A stretch of DNA of 64,000 nucleotides from Porphyromonadaceae bacterium UBA7207 (GCA_002490635.1 DKUJ01000022.1:7146-71145); one strand, 5' to 3'. Positions 47,148-57,524 are shown, counted from the stretch's first letter. The notes: generated from the sequence alone by a model not told the origin. Numbers and translations are program-made.

Positions 47148-48572
47148 ATGTTTGACCCTGATTATCGTAAAGGAGACAGCAACAGCACTCCATTCGGACA
47201 AGACGCGATGCTCAATCCCGCTCCGGAACAGAAAATACCCGACGGTCCCACCACACCGCAGGTAGCGTACCAGATGGTGAAAGACGAGACCTACGCCCAG
47301 ACTCAGCCCCGGCTGAATCTCGCCACCTTCGTGACAACCTACATGGACGAGTACGCCACAAAGCTGATGAACGAGGCCATCAACATCAACTATATCGACG
47401 AGACCGAGTATCCCCGTGTGGCAGTGATGTGCCAGAAGTGCATCAACATCGTGGCCAACATGTGGAATACCCCCGAACAGAACCGCTGGAAGACCGGCGC
47501 CCTTGCCATAGGCTCGTCGGAAGCATGTATGCTGGGCGGTATCGCCGCGTGGAAACGCTGGATCGAACGCCGCAAAAAAGCAGGAAAACCCTACGACAAG
47601 CCCAACTTCGTTATTTCCGCCGGCTACCAGGTTGTGTGGGAGAAATTCGCCACTCTGTGGAATATCGAGATGCGGCAGGTGCCTCTCACCCGGGAGCACA
47701 CAACACTGGATATCGACCAGGCCATAAAAATGTGCGATGAGAACACTATCTGCGTGGTGGGCATTGAGGGCGTGACCTGGACAGGCCTTAACGACGATGT
47801 GGAAGCCCTCGACGCTGCAATCGACAAATACAATGCCGAGACCGGCAACGAGGTGTGCATACACATCGACGCGGCAACCGGCGGCTTCATTCTTCCCTTC
47901 ATCAATCCCGACAAGAAATGGGACTTCCGTCTCAAATGGGTGCTCTCCATCAGCACTTCGGGCCACAAGTTCGGTCTGGTATATCCCGGTCTGGGCTGGG
48001 TGGTATGGAAGGACAAACAGTATCTGCCGGCCGATATGTCGTTTACCGTGGACTACCTCGGCGCCGAAGTCACGCAGGTGGGCCTCAACTACTCACGTCC
48101 GGCCGCTCAGATTCTCGGACAGTACTACAACTTCATCCGTCTTGGATTCGAGGGCTACAGGAACGTGCAGTACAACTCCATGCAGATTGCAAAATACCTG
48201 CATGCACAGCTCTCGGCCATGCCCGAATTCGTGCCCTATTCCACAGAGGTGCCCAACCCCATCGTTACCTGGCTTATGAAGCCCGAAGTGCAGAACAGCG
48301 CCAAATGGACACTCTACGACCTGCAGGACAAGCTCGCCCAGCACGGATGGATGGTGCCCGCATACGCAATGCCCATAGACATCCAGGACATGGTTGTGAT
48401 GCGTGTTCTCTGCAAGCAGGGCTTCAGCCGCGACATGTGCGACGAACTTCTCCACGACATCACGGCAGCGGTAGCCGAGCTTAACGCGCTCGAATACCCC
48501 ACACCCACGCGCATAGCCATGGAGAAAAACATACCTTTGGCCACCAAGGCGTTCAACCACACCGGCAAATGA
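47148..48572 (+). CDS. gadB: Glutamate decarboxylase
   Basis: NLATFVTT, NYIDETEYP, GSSEA, HIDAATGGF, PLP-lysine SGHKFG. Confidence 0.96.
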   Translation: MFDPDYRKGDSNSTPFGQDAMLNPAPEQKIPDGPTTPQVAYQMVKDETYAQTQPRLNLATFVTTYMDEYATKLMNEAININYIDETEYPRVAVMCQKCINIVANMWNTPEQNRWKTGALAIGSSEACMLGGIAAWKRWIERRKKAGKPYDKPNFVISAGYQVVWEKFATLWNIEMRQVPLTREHTTLDIDQAIKMCDENTICVVGIEGVTWTGLNDDVEALDAAIDKYNAETGNEVCIHIDAATGGFILPFINPDKKWDFRLKWVLSISTSGHKFGLVYPGLGWVVWKDKQYLPADMSFTVDYLGAEVTQVGLNYSRPAAQILGQYYNFIRLGFEGYRNVQYNSMQIAKYLHAQLSAMPEFVPYSTEVPNPIVTWLMKPEVQNSAKWTLYDLQDKLAQHGWMVPAYAMPIDIQDMVVMRVLCKQGFSRDMCDELLHDITAAVAELNALEYPTPTRIAMEKNIPLATKAFNHTGK

Positions 48573-48705
48573 CCATAATGTAAAAAGGCCATCAATATAC
48601 TGATACACGGAACAGGCGGCAGACAGAATACCACACAAGGCAATCTTCCTGCCGCCTGTCTCGGTATTACCTTCAACCATTTCTATTACCCATACGCTCC
48701 CGACC

Positions 48706-49671
48706 ATGGAAAGAACGATTACAGTATCGGATATACGAAAGGCTGCCCAGGAGGCCTACAACGAAGCCAAGGGCGTAAAGGGCGGCGCCAATGCCGACTA
48801 CATACCCTATCTGGCAAATATCGACCCGGAGCTGTTCGGGCTGAGTATCACACTTACCGACGGCACCTCGTTCAATTTCGGCGACACTGAATACAGGTTC
48901 GGCATCGAATCGGTGTCGAAGGTTCCCACCGCCATCCTGGCGATGATACAGCACACCCCCGATGGTGTGCTCGAGCGCATCGGCGCTGATGCCACAGGCC
49001 TGCCGTTCAATTCTATATTCGCAATCCTGCTGGAGAACGACCACCCGTCGACACCTCTTGTCAACGCAGGCGCCATAGCCGCATGTTCGATGATAGCTCC
49101 GCAGGGCGCCACGGATGATAAATGGAAAGCGATTACCGACAATATAACTGCTCTTTGCGGCTCGGCACCCGAGCTTATCGACGAACTGTATGAGAGCGAA
49201 ACGGCCACCAACTTCAACAATCGAGCCATTTCGTGGCTGCTGAAAAACTATGGCCGCATCTACGATGACGTGGACATAAGCCTCGACCTCTACACCCGCC
49301 AGTGTTCGCTCGGCATCACATCGGCACAGCTGGCGGTGATGGGTGCCACCATCGCCAACAGGGGTCTGAATCCCGTTACGGCGAAGCAGGTGTTCGATCC
49401 CGCCATATCTGCAAAGATAACCACCATGATGGCCTCGGTGGGCTTCTACCAGCACACCGGCGACTGGCTGTATACCTCCGGAATCCCCGCCAAGACCGGT
49501 GTGGGCGGCGGTGTGATGGGCGTTATGCCAGGCCTGTTCGGCATTGCGGCTTTCGCTCCGCCTCTCGATGGAGCAGGCAACTCCGTAAAGGCGCAGACCG
49601 CCATAAGGCTTCTTATGAGCAAACTCGACCTGGGCATCTTCAGCGGCGACAAGGTTTCTGTAGTTTCCTGA
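48706..49671 (+). CDS. glsA: Glutaminase A
   Basis: NADYIPYLA, IESVSK (SxxK), PLVNAGA, YTRQCS, PAKTGVGGG, PPLD..GNS. Confidence 0.96.
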   Translation: MERTITVSDIRKAAQEAYNEAKGVKGGANADYIPYLANIDPELFGLSITLTDGTSFNFGDTEYRFGIESVSKVPTAILAMIQHTPDGVLERIGADATGLPFNSIFAILLENDHPSTPLVNAGAIAACSMIAPQGATDDKWKAITDNITALCGSAPELIDELYESETATNFNNRAISWLLKNYGRIYDDVDISLDLYTRQCSLGITSAQLAVMGATIANRGLNPVTAKQVFDPAISAKITTMMASVGFYQHTGDWLYTSGIPAKTGVGGGVMGVMPGLFGIAAFAPPLDGAGNSVKAQTAIRLLMSKLDLGIFSGDKVSVVS

Positions 49672-49731
49672 TACTATCGCAGCCATATATAAATAACCGT
49701 ACGAACGTACGACCTCTAAATACTTAACATT

Positions 49732-51348
49732 ATGTCAAATTCACCCGGACAAACAAAAGCGACAGTCAGGCAGGCTGCCAAAATGGGGGTGTTCACGCTC
49801 ATAATAATGAACATCGTGGCGGTTGTCTCGCTGCGAGGACTGCCAGCGGAAGCCGAATATGGAGTAAGCTCCGCATTCTATTATATACTTGCAGCACTTG
49901 TTTTCCTGATACCTGTATCTCTTGTGGCCGCCGAACTCGCGGCCATGTTTCCCTACCAGCAGGGCGGTATGTTCCGCTGGATAGGCGAGGCCTTCGGCGA
50001 CAAGGCCGGATTCCTGGGCATATGGCTGCAGTGGATAGAGAGCACCATCTGGTATCCTACGGTGCTGACGTTCGGTGCCGTGTCGCTTGCCTTCATAGGC
50101 ATGGACCATGTGTTCGACATGCATCTTGCAGCCAACAAGTACTACACCATCGTAGTGGTGCTGGCCATCTACTGGCTCGCTACGCTGATATCACTCAAGG
50201 GCATGGGCTGGGTCGGAAAGGTGTCCAAGATAGGCGGTCTTGTGGGCACAATCATGCCCGCCGGACTGCTGGTGGTGTGCGCTGTGATATATCTCGCCTC
50301 CGGAGGCCAGTCGCAGATGGACTGGCATGGCAACTTCATTCCCGACTTTTCCAACTTCGATAATGTTGTTCTGGCGGTATCCATTTTCTTGTTCTATGCC
50401 GGCATGGAAATGAGCGGCGTGCACGTAAGGGAAATCAAGAACCCGACAGTCAACTACCCCAAGGCAGTGATTATCGGCGCCCTCGCCACGGTTGCCATCT
50501 TCATTCTGGGCACCTATGCCCTGGGCGTAATCATTCCGGCCAAGGATATCAACCTTGTGCAGAGTCTGCTTGTGGGCTTCGACAACTATTTCACCGGGCT
50601 TCACATAAAATGGCTCTCTCCTGTTATCGCCATTGCTCTGGCATTCGGTGTGCTCGCCGGCGTGCTCACATGGGTTGCGGGACCTTCCAAAGGTGTGTTC
50701 GCTGTGGGTCAGGCAGGCTATTTGCCGAAGTTCTTCCAGCGGACCAACAAGAACGGTGTGCAGAAAAACATACTCTATGTGCAGGGCGCTATAGTCACAG
50801 TCCTTGCGTTCCTCATGGTGCTTATGCCCTCGGTGCAGAGCTTTTACCAGATACTCTCGCAGCTTACCTGCATACTCTACCTGATAGCCTATCTGCTCAT
50901 GTTCGCCGCGGCCTTGCGCCTGCGCTACAAAATGAAGGGCGCACCTCGGCCATACAGGCTCGGCAAGCGCGGCAACGGTGTGATGTGGCTCATAGCAGGT
51001 GTGGGATTCGTGGGTTCGCTTGTGGCGTTCATATTCAGCTTCTTCCCCCCGAGTCAGGTGAATATGGGATCCGATGCGGTATGGTTCACCGTACTGATTG
51101 CCGGCACCCTTGTGTTCGTTGTGCTTCCATTTATAATACTGAAGTTCAGGAAACCGTCCTGGGACTCCATGGGCAACAACTTCGTGCCTTTCAGCTGGGA
51201 CAAGACCCCCGGTGCGGCCGATCTCCGCTTGAGGGCTGCCGAAGAATTCGCCACTGAAAACGCCGACACAACCCCGGACCACGCCCAGGCATTCCTGACA
51301 TACGCCAAATCAATAGAAAAACCAGAAACGCCCGCCGGGAATAAGTAA
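49732..51348 (+). CDS. gadC: Glutamate/GABA antiporter
   Basis: VVSLRGLPAEA, FYAGME, APC-family TM pattern; operonic with gadB and glsA. Confidence 0.93.
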   Translation: MSNSPGQTKATVRQAAKMGVFTLIIMNIVAVVSLRGLPAEAEYGVSSAFYYILAALVFLIPVSLVAAELAAMFPYQQGGMFRWIGEAFGDKAGFLGIWLQWIESTIWYPTVLTFGAVSLAFIGMDHVFDMHLAANKYYTIVVVLAIYWLATLISLKGMGWVGKVSKIGGLVGTIMPAGLLVVCAVIYLASGGQSQMDWHGNFIPDFSNFDNVVLAVSIFLFYAGMEMSGVHVREIKNPTVNYPKAVIIGALATVAIFILGTYALGVIIPAKDINLVQSLLVGFDNYFTGLHIKWLSPVIAIALAFGVLAGVLTWVAGPSKGVFAVGQAGYLPKFFQRTNKNGVQKNILYVQGAIVTVLAFLMVLMPSVQSFYQILSQLTCILYLIAYLLMFAAALRLRYKMKGAPRPYRLGKRGNGVMWLIAGVGFVGSLVAFIFSFFPPSQVNMGSDAVWFTVLIAGTLVFVVLPFIILKFRKPSWDSMGNNFVPFSWDKTPGAADLRLRAAEEFATENADTTPDHAQAFLTYAKSIEKPETPAGNK

Positions 51349-51419
51349 GGCCACTCCGCATATCTGAAATCATTTTATTCCTGCCGGATTAAAGTCTTGA
51401 CCAGACAAACCGGACACAG

Positions 51420-51455
51420 AAAACCTCAGAACTGCGTGGCAGTCTGAGGTTTTTT
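51420..51455. terminator. Bidirectional terminator between gadC and ssrA
   Basis: AAAACCTCAGA-ACTGC / GCAGT-CTGAGGTTTTTT stem. Confidence 0.85.
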
Positions 51456-51477
51456 GTGTCCGAAAAAATGTTTCAAG

Positions 51478-51875
51478 TGGAGCTGGAGGGATTCGAACCC
51501 TCGTCCAAACGCGGAATCAATGAGCTTTCTACGTGCGTAGTTTCAAGTTGATTTTCGAGCTGCGCCAGGCCTGAAACTACCAAACGCAGCCTTATCCTCT
51601 AAGATTTCGGCTTCCTCCCGAGGCTTCCGGAAGCCTATTTCCGATATTCCTGCACCGCCTTGTCGATTAGTCTCGGAAAAAGGACAATCGGGCGATGTCT
51701 TGTCGCTGCAACTGTTGCGGCGATTAAGCTGATCTACTGTACTTCAATCAAGCAGCAAGAGCGTAGTTATTTTCGCCATTTAGAATTGCTGAAAGCCTGA
51801 TATTAAAGAGCATAGACTTCAAAGCTCTGCACGCTTACCCACCGCTTCTACACGCTGTCAAAACCGGTCAGCCCC
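51478..51875 (-). ncRNA. ssrA: tmRNA; tag peptide (A)GENNYALAA encoded at 51777-51748
   Basis: 5' GGGGCTGACCGGTTTTGACAG; 3' T-arm/acceptor GAGGGTTCGAATCCCTCCAGCTCCA; internal GGC GAA AAT AAC TAC GCT CTT GCT GCT TGA. Confidence 0.97.
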
Positions 51876-52012
51876 GTTTTTTTGCGCCATAATCGATGGT
51901 TGTAGTCTGCAAATATATGGATTATCCGCCAAAGAACGTGCATTTTATTGATTTTTAACTACCGGATAAATCAGCTGACATACTACTGTGAATATTAAAT
52001 CTGTTATTCCAT

Positions 52013-54085
52013 TCAGTCGGTGATCATCACCTTAGCGACTTTACCTCTGTTATTGATTATGTATAATCCGGAACGGAGAGAACCGCGCGATATCTCCATA
52101 CCTGACAGATTATATATTTTGCAGTCCGGTGGCAGCAAGTGGATTGAGGTCAGAGAAAGTGTATCCGTATCGCGGATAGTGGTTATTCCACCGGTCTGCC
52201 CTTTATGGAAGGCATGAGCCACGGTCTGCACCACATCATTTCCCGCCGAATCCTTGCATATGAATCTAAGGTCATACCATTTGTCGGCATCAAGCTTGTC
52301 ATGAGGCACTGAAACTTTGCCATATCCATCATTGATGTACTGGTTGTATTCCAGCGGCGTCCACAAATCTTTTTCATGCTCGGAAATCTGAACCAGCGGA
52401 GTGGTTCCAGGCGAATGCTCTATAATAATATGTGAATTTCGAGTTGCGTCTTGCGTCAAATTGCCCGAAGCATCCCTGAGTTGCCATCTGTAGACCTGTG
52501 AATACACGTTATCCAATGAAGTATTGTCGATCATGACCCGGAGGCTGGAAGAATAGCTGTCGGAATATGGCATTTCCACATATATGTCGTAAAGTCCGGA
52601 GACTGCATTATCATTAGATGTCCACGCTATAAAATCGAAGCTGTCGGCTCCCTCTGCTATCGTTTCTCCATTGAATCTGACAGTTATTTTAGCAGGCAAC
52701 AACAGATTGCCCAGACACGGAAACAGACACGAAGTATCGAAATAGATTAGATTTTTATCCTGCCATTCATCATAGGAAAGGCTATATGAGAAACCTACAA
52801 GCGGAGCCTCGTTATAAAACTCCATATCTTCCCTGTATTCAAGGCATAGAGGATAATCCGCGGGGAAGAAGAGTTCATAGTCATTTTCGTCGCTTCGTGT
52901 ATATGCCGGAGGTATGCACCACATGTGCCCATCGGTATCGGTATATATCCATGGCGAAGTCATTGTGCTGTACTGCCGGTCGTATTGGATGTTCCCTTCA
53001 GAATCTGTCCACTCATTGTCGGTATACGAGTAACCGCCTATGCCTGCAAATACAAAATTCCATCCGTCATCCGGGCTGCTCTGTTCCTTGAGAACCGGAG
53101 CGTTGATATACACGGGAAGGTTCCTGCTTTCGGCTTTCATGTCGAATGAATATGCCGATACAGGCATAGTCATGGTAGGTGTGCCGTTCCATACTGTCTG
53201 CGCCGTTATCCCCCCGACACTGGCATCATCTTTCTGGCCGGCAAGATTGCCGGCGAACCTCATATGAACAGGCTCATTGTATAGTTCAGCTCCGTTGTAC
53301 ATGCATCGTGAGTCATCAAAAGGACCATCCGATGTAATGAAATTGATGTATGTGGCCTTTGAATCGGCTGCCACATTATTTACCGATAAAGTCCATTTGT
53401 CGGAAAGATTGTTGACAAAAAACTCTTCATAGCAGATATTAATCATCATCCGTACCAGAGGATAGCTTCCGTCCTTGCGTTTCAGTTCCCGGTAGTACAT
53501 CATGCTGAGTTCGCCGGTTTCATCTTTAAGATTGTCGTACGGAATCTGACTGCCGTCGGGATAGAAAAACTTGCAGCTCAACTTGTTTTTGGCATCCGAC
53601 TGTGTGAACACGTAAGTCATGTCTTCCGATATTTCGATGTCTTCCGCAATCACATAGCTGTCATAGAGAAAGGTATGTTCATCGTCGGGGTCAATATTGT
53701 CGGGACGTATGTCGGAGCGCAGTATAAGGTCATATCTCCCTTTGGGCACCATCAGTTCCCAGCCGAGTCCTTCCTCAATCATGTATTCATCGGGATATGT
53801 GGCCCAGTCGCAAAAGCCGCAATAGTATTTTCCGTCGGGCTGATATACTATCACTTCTTTAGGTTCATATGTGAACCCGGCGGTAGCTTCCTCTTTTACC
53901 TCAAATTTTATTTTCACCCAGTCGGAAGAATCCTCTTCATCATCCACCCGTCCCGCCACGTTAAGATTTGCTGCAACGGGATGGATTACGCTCGTCTGCT
54001 TGCCCGAAGTAGAACCCGTGGCTTGCGTGGAACCTGTGGCCGAAGCCACAACCACAACAAATAAAAAGAACCAGAATCTCATCAT
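52013..54085 (-). CDS. Acidic secreted protein with T9SS-type C-terminal domain, unknown function
   Basis: Signal peptide; C-terminus KIYNLSGMEI...LRSGLYIIN...KVMI; -7 box TAAATTTG at 54111-54118; more AT-rich than flanks. Confidence 0.85.
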   Translation of the reverse strand: MMRFWFFLFVVVVASATGSTQATGSTSGKQTSVIHPVAANLNVAGRVDDEEDSSDWVKIKFEVKEEATAGFTYEPKEVIVYQPDGKYYCGFCDWATYPDEYMIEEGLGWELMVPKGRYDLILRSDIRPDNIDPDDEHTFLYDSYVIAEDIEISEDMTYVFTQSDAKNKLSCKFFYPDGSQIPYDNLKDETGELSMMYYRELKRKDGSYPLVRMMINICYEEFFVNNLSDKWTLSVNNVAADSKATYINFITSDGPFDDSRCMYNGAELYNEPVHMRFAGNLAGQKDDASVGGITAQTVWNGTPTMTMPVSAYSFDMKAESRNLPVYINAPVLKEQSSPDDGWNFVFAGIGGYSYTDNEWTDSEGNIQYDRQYSTMTSPWIYTDTDGHMWCIPPAYTRSDENDYELFFPADYPLCLEYREDMEFYNEAPLVGFSYSLSYDEWQDKNLIYFDTSCLFPCLGNLLLPAKITVRFNGETIAEGADSFDFIAWTSNDNAVSGLYDIYVEMPYSDSYSSSLRVMIDNTSLDNVYSQVYRWQLRDASGNLTQDATRNSHIIIEHSPGTTPLVQISEHEKDLWTPLEYNQYINDGYGKVSVPHDKLDADKWYDLRFICKDSAGNDVVQTVAHAFHKGQTGGITTIRDTDTLSLTSIHLLPPDCKIYNLSGMEISRGSLRSGLYIINNRGKVAKVMITD

Positions 54086-54250
54086 ACATATTTTTTATGT
54101 TCAACGGCGGCAAATTTATCGGGAGGGACGCGGACTTCAAAATTTACATGGGGCATAATAGGGGTACAAGGGGTGACACATGGCGTACAGGCCTGTGTGT
54201 ATGCCTGAAGCGTGTTGTCCGTTGTGGTAAAGTTGAATATATTTGTGTGT

Positions 54251-55939
54251 ATGAAAACTATAAAATTTCTGCTGTGTGTTTCGATTATGATTATTTCCGG
54301 CTGTGGCGTGCGGCCGGAATCGGATTCGCTGTATCGATGGAGGCGGATTCATCCGGCAGCAGATTCGATTGTCTTTGCGCTGGAAGATGGTTTCGTGAAT
54401 TCTGTTCCGGATTCTCTCCTTTGGCCGTTGCTCGACAGTCTGAAGAATACGACGGTAGAAAGAGATGCCGAAAATCAGCATAGAAGCAGGGTGTTGTTCT
54501 GGAAGGCGAGAATTGCCAACCGAAGAAATATAACAGGGAGGGATAGCGTGATAAGAGACCTGACAGATGCGTTGTCGCTATGCGATACGGCTACATATGA
54601 ATACGACTGTTCGCGCATTCGCTATCTGCTTGCTCTTGTGGCCGAGTGCGATCCTCTGGTAAGATTCAGGAGTCTAAAAAAACTTGACAGATATTATTAT
54701 TCTTCGGGCGATGACATGATGACAGCTTCCGTGAGAGTGGATATAGGCCATATCATGGGCGAAATAGGTTATTACGACCGCGCATTACAGTATTATAGAG
54801 AGGCTGACAGCATCTATCGACGTATAGGCATGGAACCGTATGTCAGAAAAAACACATTGAATATGGCCAACGCCTTGGTAGCTATGGGGGATAAGAATGC
54901 GGCACTGGCAATTGTCGATTCTCTTATGAATGACAAAAGTCTGTCGCTGTCGCCATCGTTTCATACCAACCTCCTGCGTGTGGCATATATGGCTTCGGAC
55001 AATGCTGATTATCTGTATGAAGCCGAACGGTATATCGACAGTATTAATCCCCGGTCGCTCGACCGGCTGCCAGTCGAGTTTTATCTGTCGCGATATTGTG
55101 CGGACACCGATGATTCCGCAGGAATGAGAACACATACACAAAGGATGGAGGAATGTTTCGATTCTGCGGCGCATGGCTTCTATTATCCGGAAATGCTTAA
55201 AATCATGGCTCTGACACACGACATATATGGCGGGCGGGACACGGCCCTGTCGTTATACAGGCAATATATTGCGGCAAATGATTCGGCCCGTCTGGTGGAA
55301 AGAGTGAAAGAAATAGCCAATGCGGAAGCCCGGAGTTCCATCCTTAAATACGAATCGGAAATGCGCCACGCGCATAAAATCAAAAGTCTGCGGTTATGGA
55401 TAATCATATTGCTGCTTTTAATACTCATTCTGGCGGTAGTGTGCATTTACATCTATAGGCAGCGCCAGCACAGGCTCACAATTGTGAGGTACGATACCGA
55501 ACTGGCGCATAACAGACGCCGCGTGGTAGCCCAGGAACTTGCCATGACAGAAAAGAACAATGTATTACAGGAGGTATTGGACAATCTGGACAGTCTTAAG
55601 GACAAAGGAATTATATCGGACAATATTTGTCATGAACTTGAGAACAGCATAAAGCTCCATCTGAGCGGACGTCAGAACTGGGATTATTTCATAACGGTGT
55701 TCAATAAGGTGTGTCCTGCATTCGTGAACACGCTGATGCTTAATCATCCTGCGTTGACAGAAGGCGACGTGCGGCTTGCGGTATATATTCGCGCGGGACT
55801 TACATCGAAACAGATTGCACAGATGCTTCTGCTGCAGCCCGACTCTGTAAAGAAAAACCGTCAGCGCCTGCGCAGGAGAATGAACCTTACATCCTCGGAG
55901 TCTCTTGAAGAAGTGTTGTACTCGATTTCCCCGACATAG
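54251..55939 (+). CDS. Membrane-spanning sensor/regulator: exported TPR-like region, TM helix, C-terminal LuxR-type HTH
   Basis: N-terminal MKTIKFLLCVSIMIISGC; TM LWIIILLLLILILAVVCIYIY; HPALTEGDVRLAVYIRAGLTSKQIAQML...SVKKNRQRLRRRM; -7 box TATATTTG at 54238-54245. Confidence 0.9.
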   Translation: MKTIKFLLCVSIMIISGCGVRPESDSLYRWRRIHPAADSIVFALEDGFVNSVPDSLLWPLLDSLKNTTVERDAENQHRSRVLFWKARIANRRNITGRDSVIRDLTDALSLCDTATYEYDCSRIRYLLALVAECDPLVRFRSLKKLDRYYYSSGDDMMTASVRVDIGHIMGEIGYYDRALQYYREADSIYRRIGMEPYVRKNTLNMANALVAMGDKNAALAIVDSLMNDKSLSLSPSFHTNLLRVAYMASDNADYLYEAERYIDSINPRSLDRLPVEFYLSRYCADTDDSAGMRTHTQRMEECFDSAAHGFYYPEMLKIMALTHDIYGGRDTALSLYRQYIAANDSARLVERVKEIANAEARSSILKYESEMRHAHKIKSLRLWIIILLLLILILAVVCIYIYRQRQHRLTIVRYDTELAHNRRRVVAQELAMTEKNNVLQEVLDNLDSLKDKGIISDNICHELENSIKLHLSGRQNWDYFITVFNKVCPAFVNTLMLNHPALTEGDVRLAVYIRAGLTSKQIAQMLLLQPDSVKKNRQRLRRRMNLTSSESLEEVLYSISPT

Positions 55940-56107
55940 ATCTGGAGTGATACATGAGCATCTCTATAGATTGGTTTTCGCCGACAATCGCGCACAATTT
56001 CCTTATAAAATTTTGGCATTGGCAAAAATTGCTTATTTTTGCTGATGGAAGTGCCGGCGAGGCATTTCAGCAATCTAATACTAACCCGCAATCAAGGAAA
56101 AGAATCT

Positions 56108-56344
56108 ATGGCTAAGGTCCACGGAGCCGTTGTGATCGACGGCAAACGCTGCAAAGGCTGCGACTTGTGCGTGGTGGCTTGCCCCACCGACGTGTTGCTG
56201 CTTCAGCCAAAGGAAGTGAACGACCGCGGCTACCACTATGCGTATGCCGCCAATCCCGACAAGTGCATAGGGTGTGCCGCCTGTGCCACCGTGTGCCCCG
56301 ATGCATGCATCGAGGTGTACCGCGTGGTTGAGCGTCCCGCCTGA
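56108..56344 (+). CDS. 2x[4Fe-4S] ferredoxin (delta subunit of 2-oxoacid:ferredoxin oxidoreductase)
   Basis: CKGCDLCVVACP and CIGCAACATVCP; -7 box TATTTTTG at 56034-56041. Confidence 0.95.
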   Translation: MAKVHGAVVIDGKRCKGCDLCVVACPTDVLLLQPKEVNDRGYHYAYAANPDKCIGCAACATVCPDACIEVYRVVERPA

Positions 56345-56416
56345 GGCGGCACAGAACATGTGCCCGCAGGCACCACCAACCAATCCCCATCCTACCCCCT
56401 CACCCTACCCCTAAAA

Positions 56417-57505
56417 ATGGAAGCAGAAGAAGTAAGATTAATGAAGGGCAACGAAGCCATAGCCCATGCCGCAATCCGCTACGGCGTCGACGGCTACTTC
56501 GGTTATCCCATCACCCCCCAGAGCGAAGTTCTCGAGACTCTTGCCGAGCTCAAGCCCTGGGAAACCACCGGCATGGTCGTGCTCCAGGCCGAAAGCGAAG
56601 TGGCGGCCATAAACATGGTATACGGCGGTGCCGCCACGGGCAAAGCCGTGATGACATCGTCGTCGTCGCCGGGAGTGAGCCTCAAGCAGGAAGGCATTTC
56701 CTATATCGCCGCCTCCGAGCTGCCGGCACTGATTGTCAATGTAATGCGTGGCGGTCCCGGACTTGGAACCATCCAGCCTTCGCAGGCCGACTATTTCCAG
56801 GCTGTCAAAGGCGGCGGACATGGCGACTACCACCTGATTGTGCTGGCTCCCGCTACCGTGCAGGAGATGACCGACTTCGTGGCCCTCGGCTTCGACCTGG
56901 CCTTCAAATACCGTAATCCGGCAATGATTCTGGCCGACGGCGTCGTGGGGCAGATGATGGAGAAGGTCGTGCTGCCTCCGCAGCGTCCGCGCCGCACCGA
57001 GGAAGAGCTGCGCGCTCAATGTCCCTGGGCTGCATGCGGCAAAGGCGACCGCAAGAACCGCAATGTGATCACTTCCCTGGAGCTGGACTCCGCCAGGATG
57101 GAAGAGAACAACCACCGCTTCCAGGCCACATACAAGCTCATTGAACAGAACGAGGTGCGCTACCAGACCTACTACGCCGACGATGCCGACTATCTCATCG
57201 TGGCATTCGGATCGGTGGCCCGCATATGTCTTAAGGCTATCGAGGAGGCGCGCGAGGCCGGAATCAAAGTGGGCATGCTGCGTCCAATCACCCTATGGCC
57301 TTTCCCAAAGACACAGATTGCCGAACTCGCCAAGAGCGTACGCGGCATCCTCACCGTGGAACTCAACGCCGGCCAGATGGTGGAGGACGTGCGCCTGGCC
57401 GCTCCTACCACCCCCGTGTACCATTTCGGCCGCATGGGCGGCATAGTGCCTAACCCCGGCGAAGTGCTTCAGGCACTGAAGGAACACTTCCCGGAACTTG
57501 CCTAA
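56417..57505 (+). CDS. vorB: 2-oxoacid:ferredoxin oxidoreductase alpha subunit (VorB-like)
   Basis: KGNEAIA, GYPITPQSE, QAESE, SSSPGVSLKQE, RGGPGLG. Confidence 0.92.
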   Translation: MEAEEVRLMKGNEAIAHAAIRYGVDGYFGYPITPQSEVLETLAELKPWETTGMVVLQAESEVAAINMVYGGAATGKAVMTSSSSPGVSLKQEGISYIAASELPALIVNVMRGGPGLGTIQPSQADYFQAVKGGGHGDYHLIVLAPATVQEMTDFVALGFDLAFKYRNPAMILADGVVGQMMEKVVLPPQRPRRTEEELRAQCPWAACGKGDRKNRNVITSLELDSARMEENNHRFQATYKLIEQNEVRYQTYYADDADYLIVAFGSVARICLKAIEEAREAGIKVGMLRPITLWPFPKTQIAELAKSVRGILTVELNAGQMVEDVRLAAPTTPVYHFGRMGGIVPNPGEVLQALKEHFPELA

Positions 57506-57524
57506 CCTCTATGTTCGTTCACCA

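Noticed and set aside
51349-51477. Integrative element at the tmRNA 3' end
   Set aside because: The 3' end is followed directly by a terminator and gadC; no integrase and no duplicated ssrA 3' fragment in the window.
54012-54048. Short tandem duplication encoding ATGST-QATGST in the secreted protein N-terminus
   Set aside because: Ordinary low-complexity linker; two imperfect copies only.
51880-55990. Weak similarity TTTTGCGCCATAATCG versus TTTTCGCCGACAATCG as island-flanking direct repeats
   Set aside because: Too short and mismatched to distinguish from chance.
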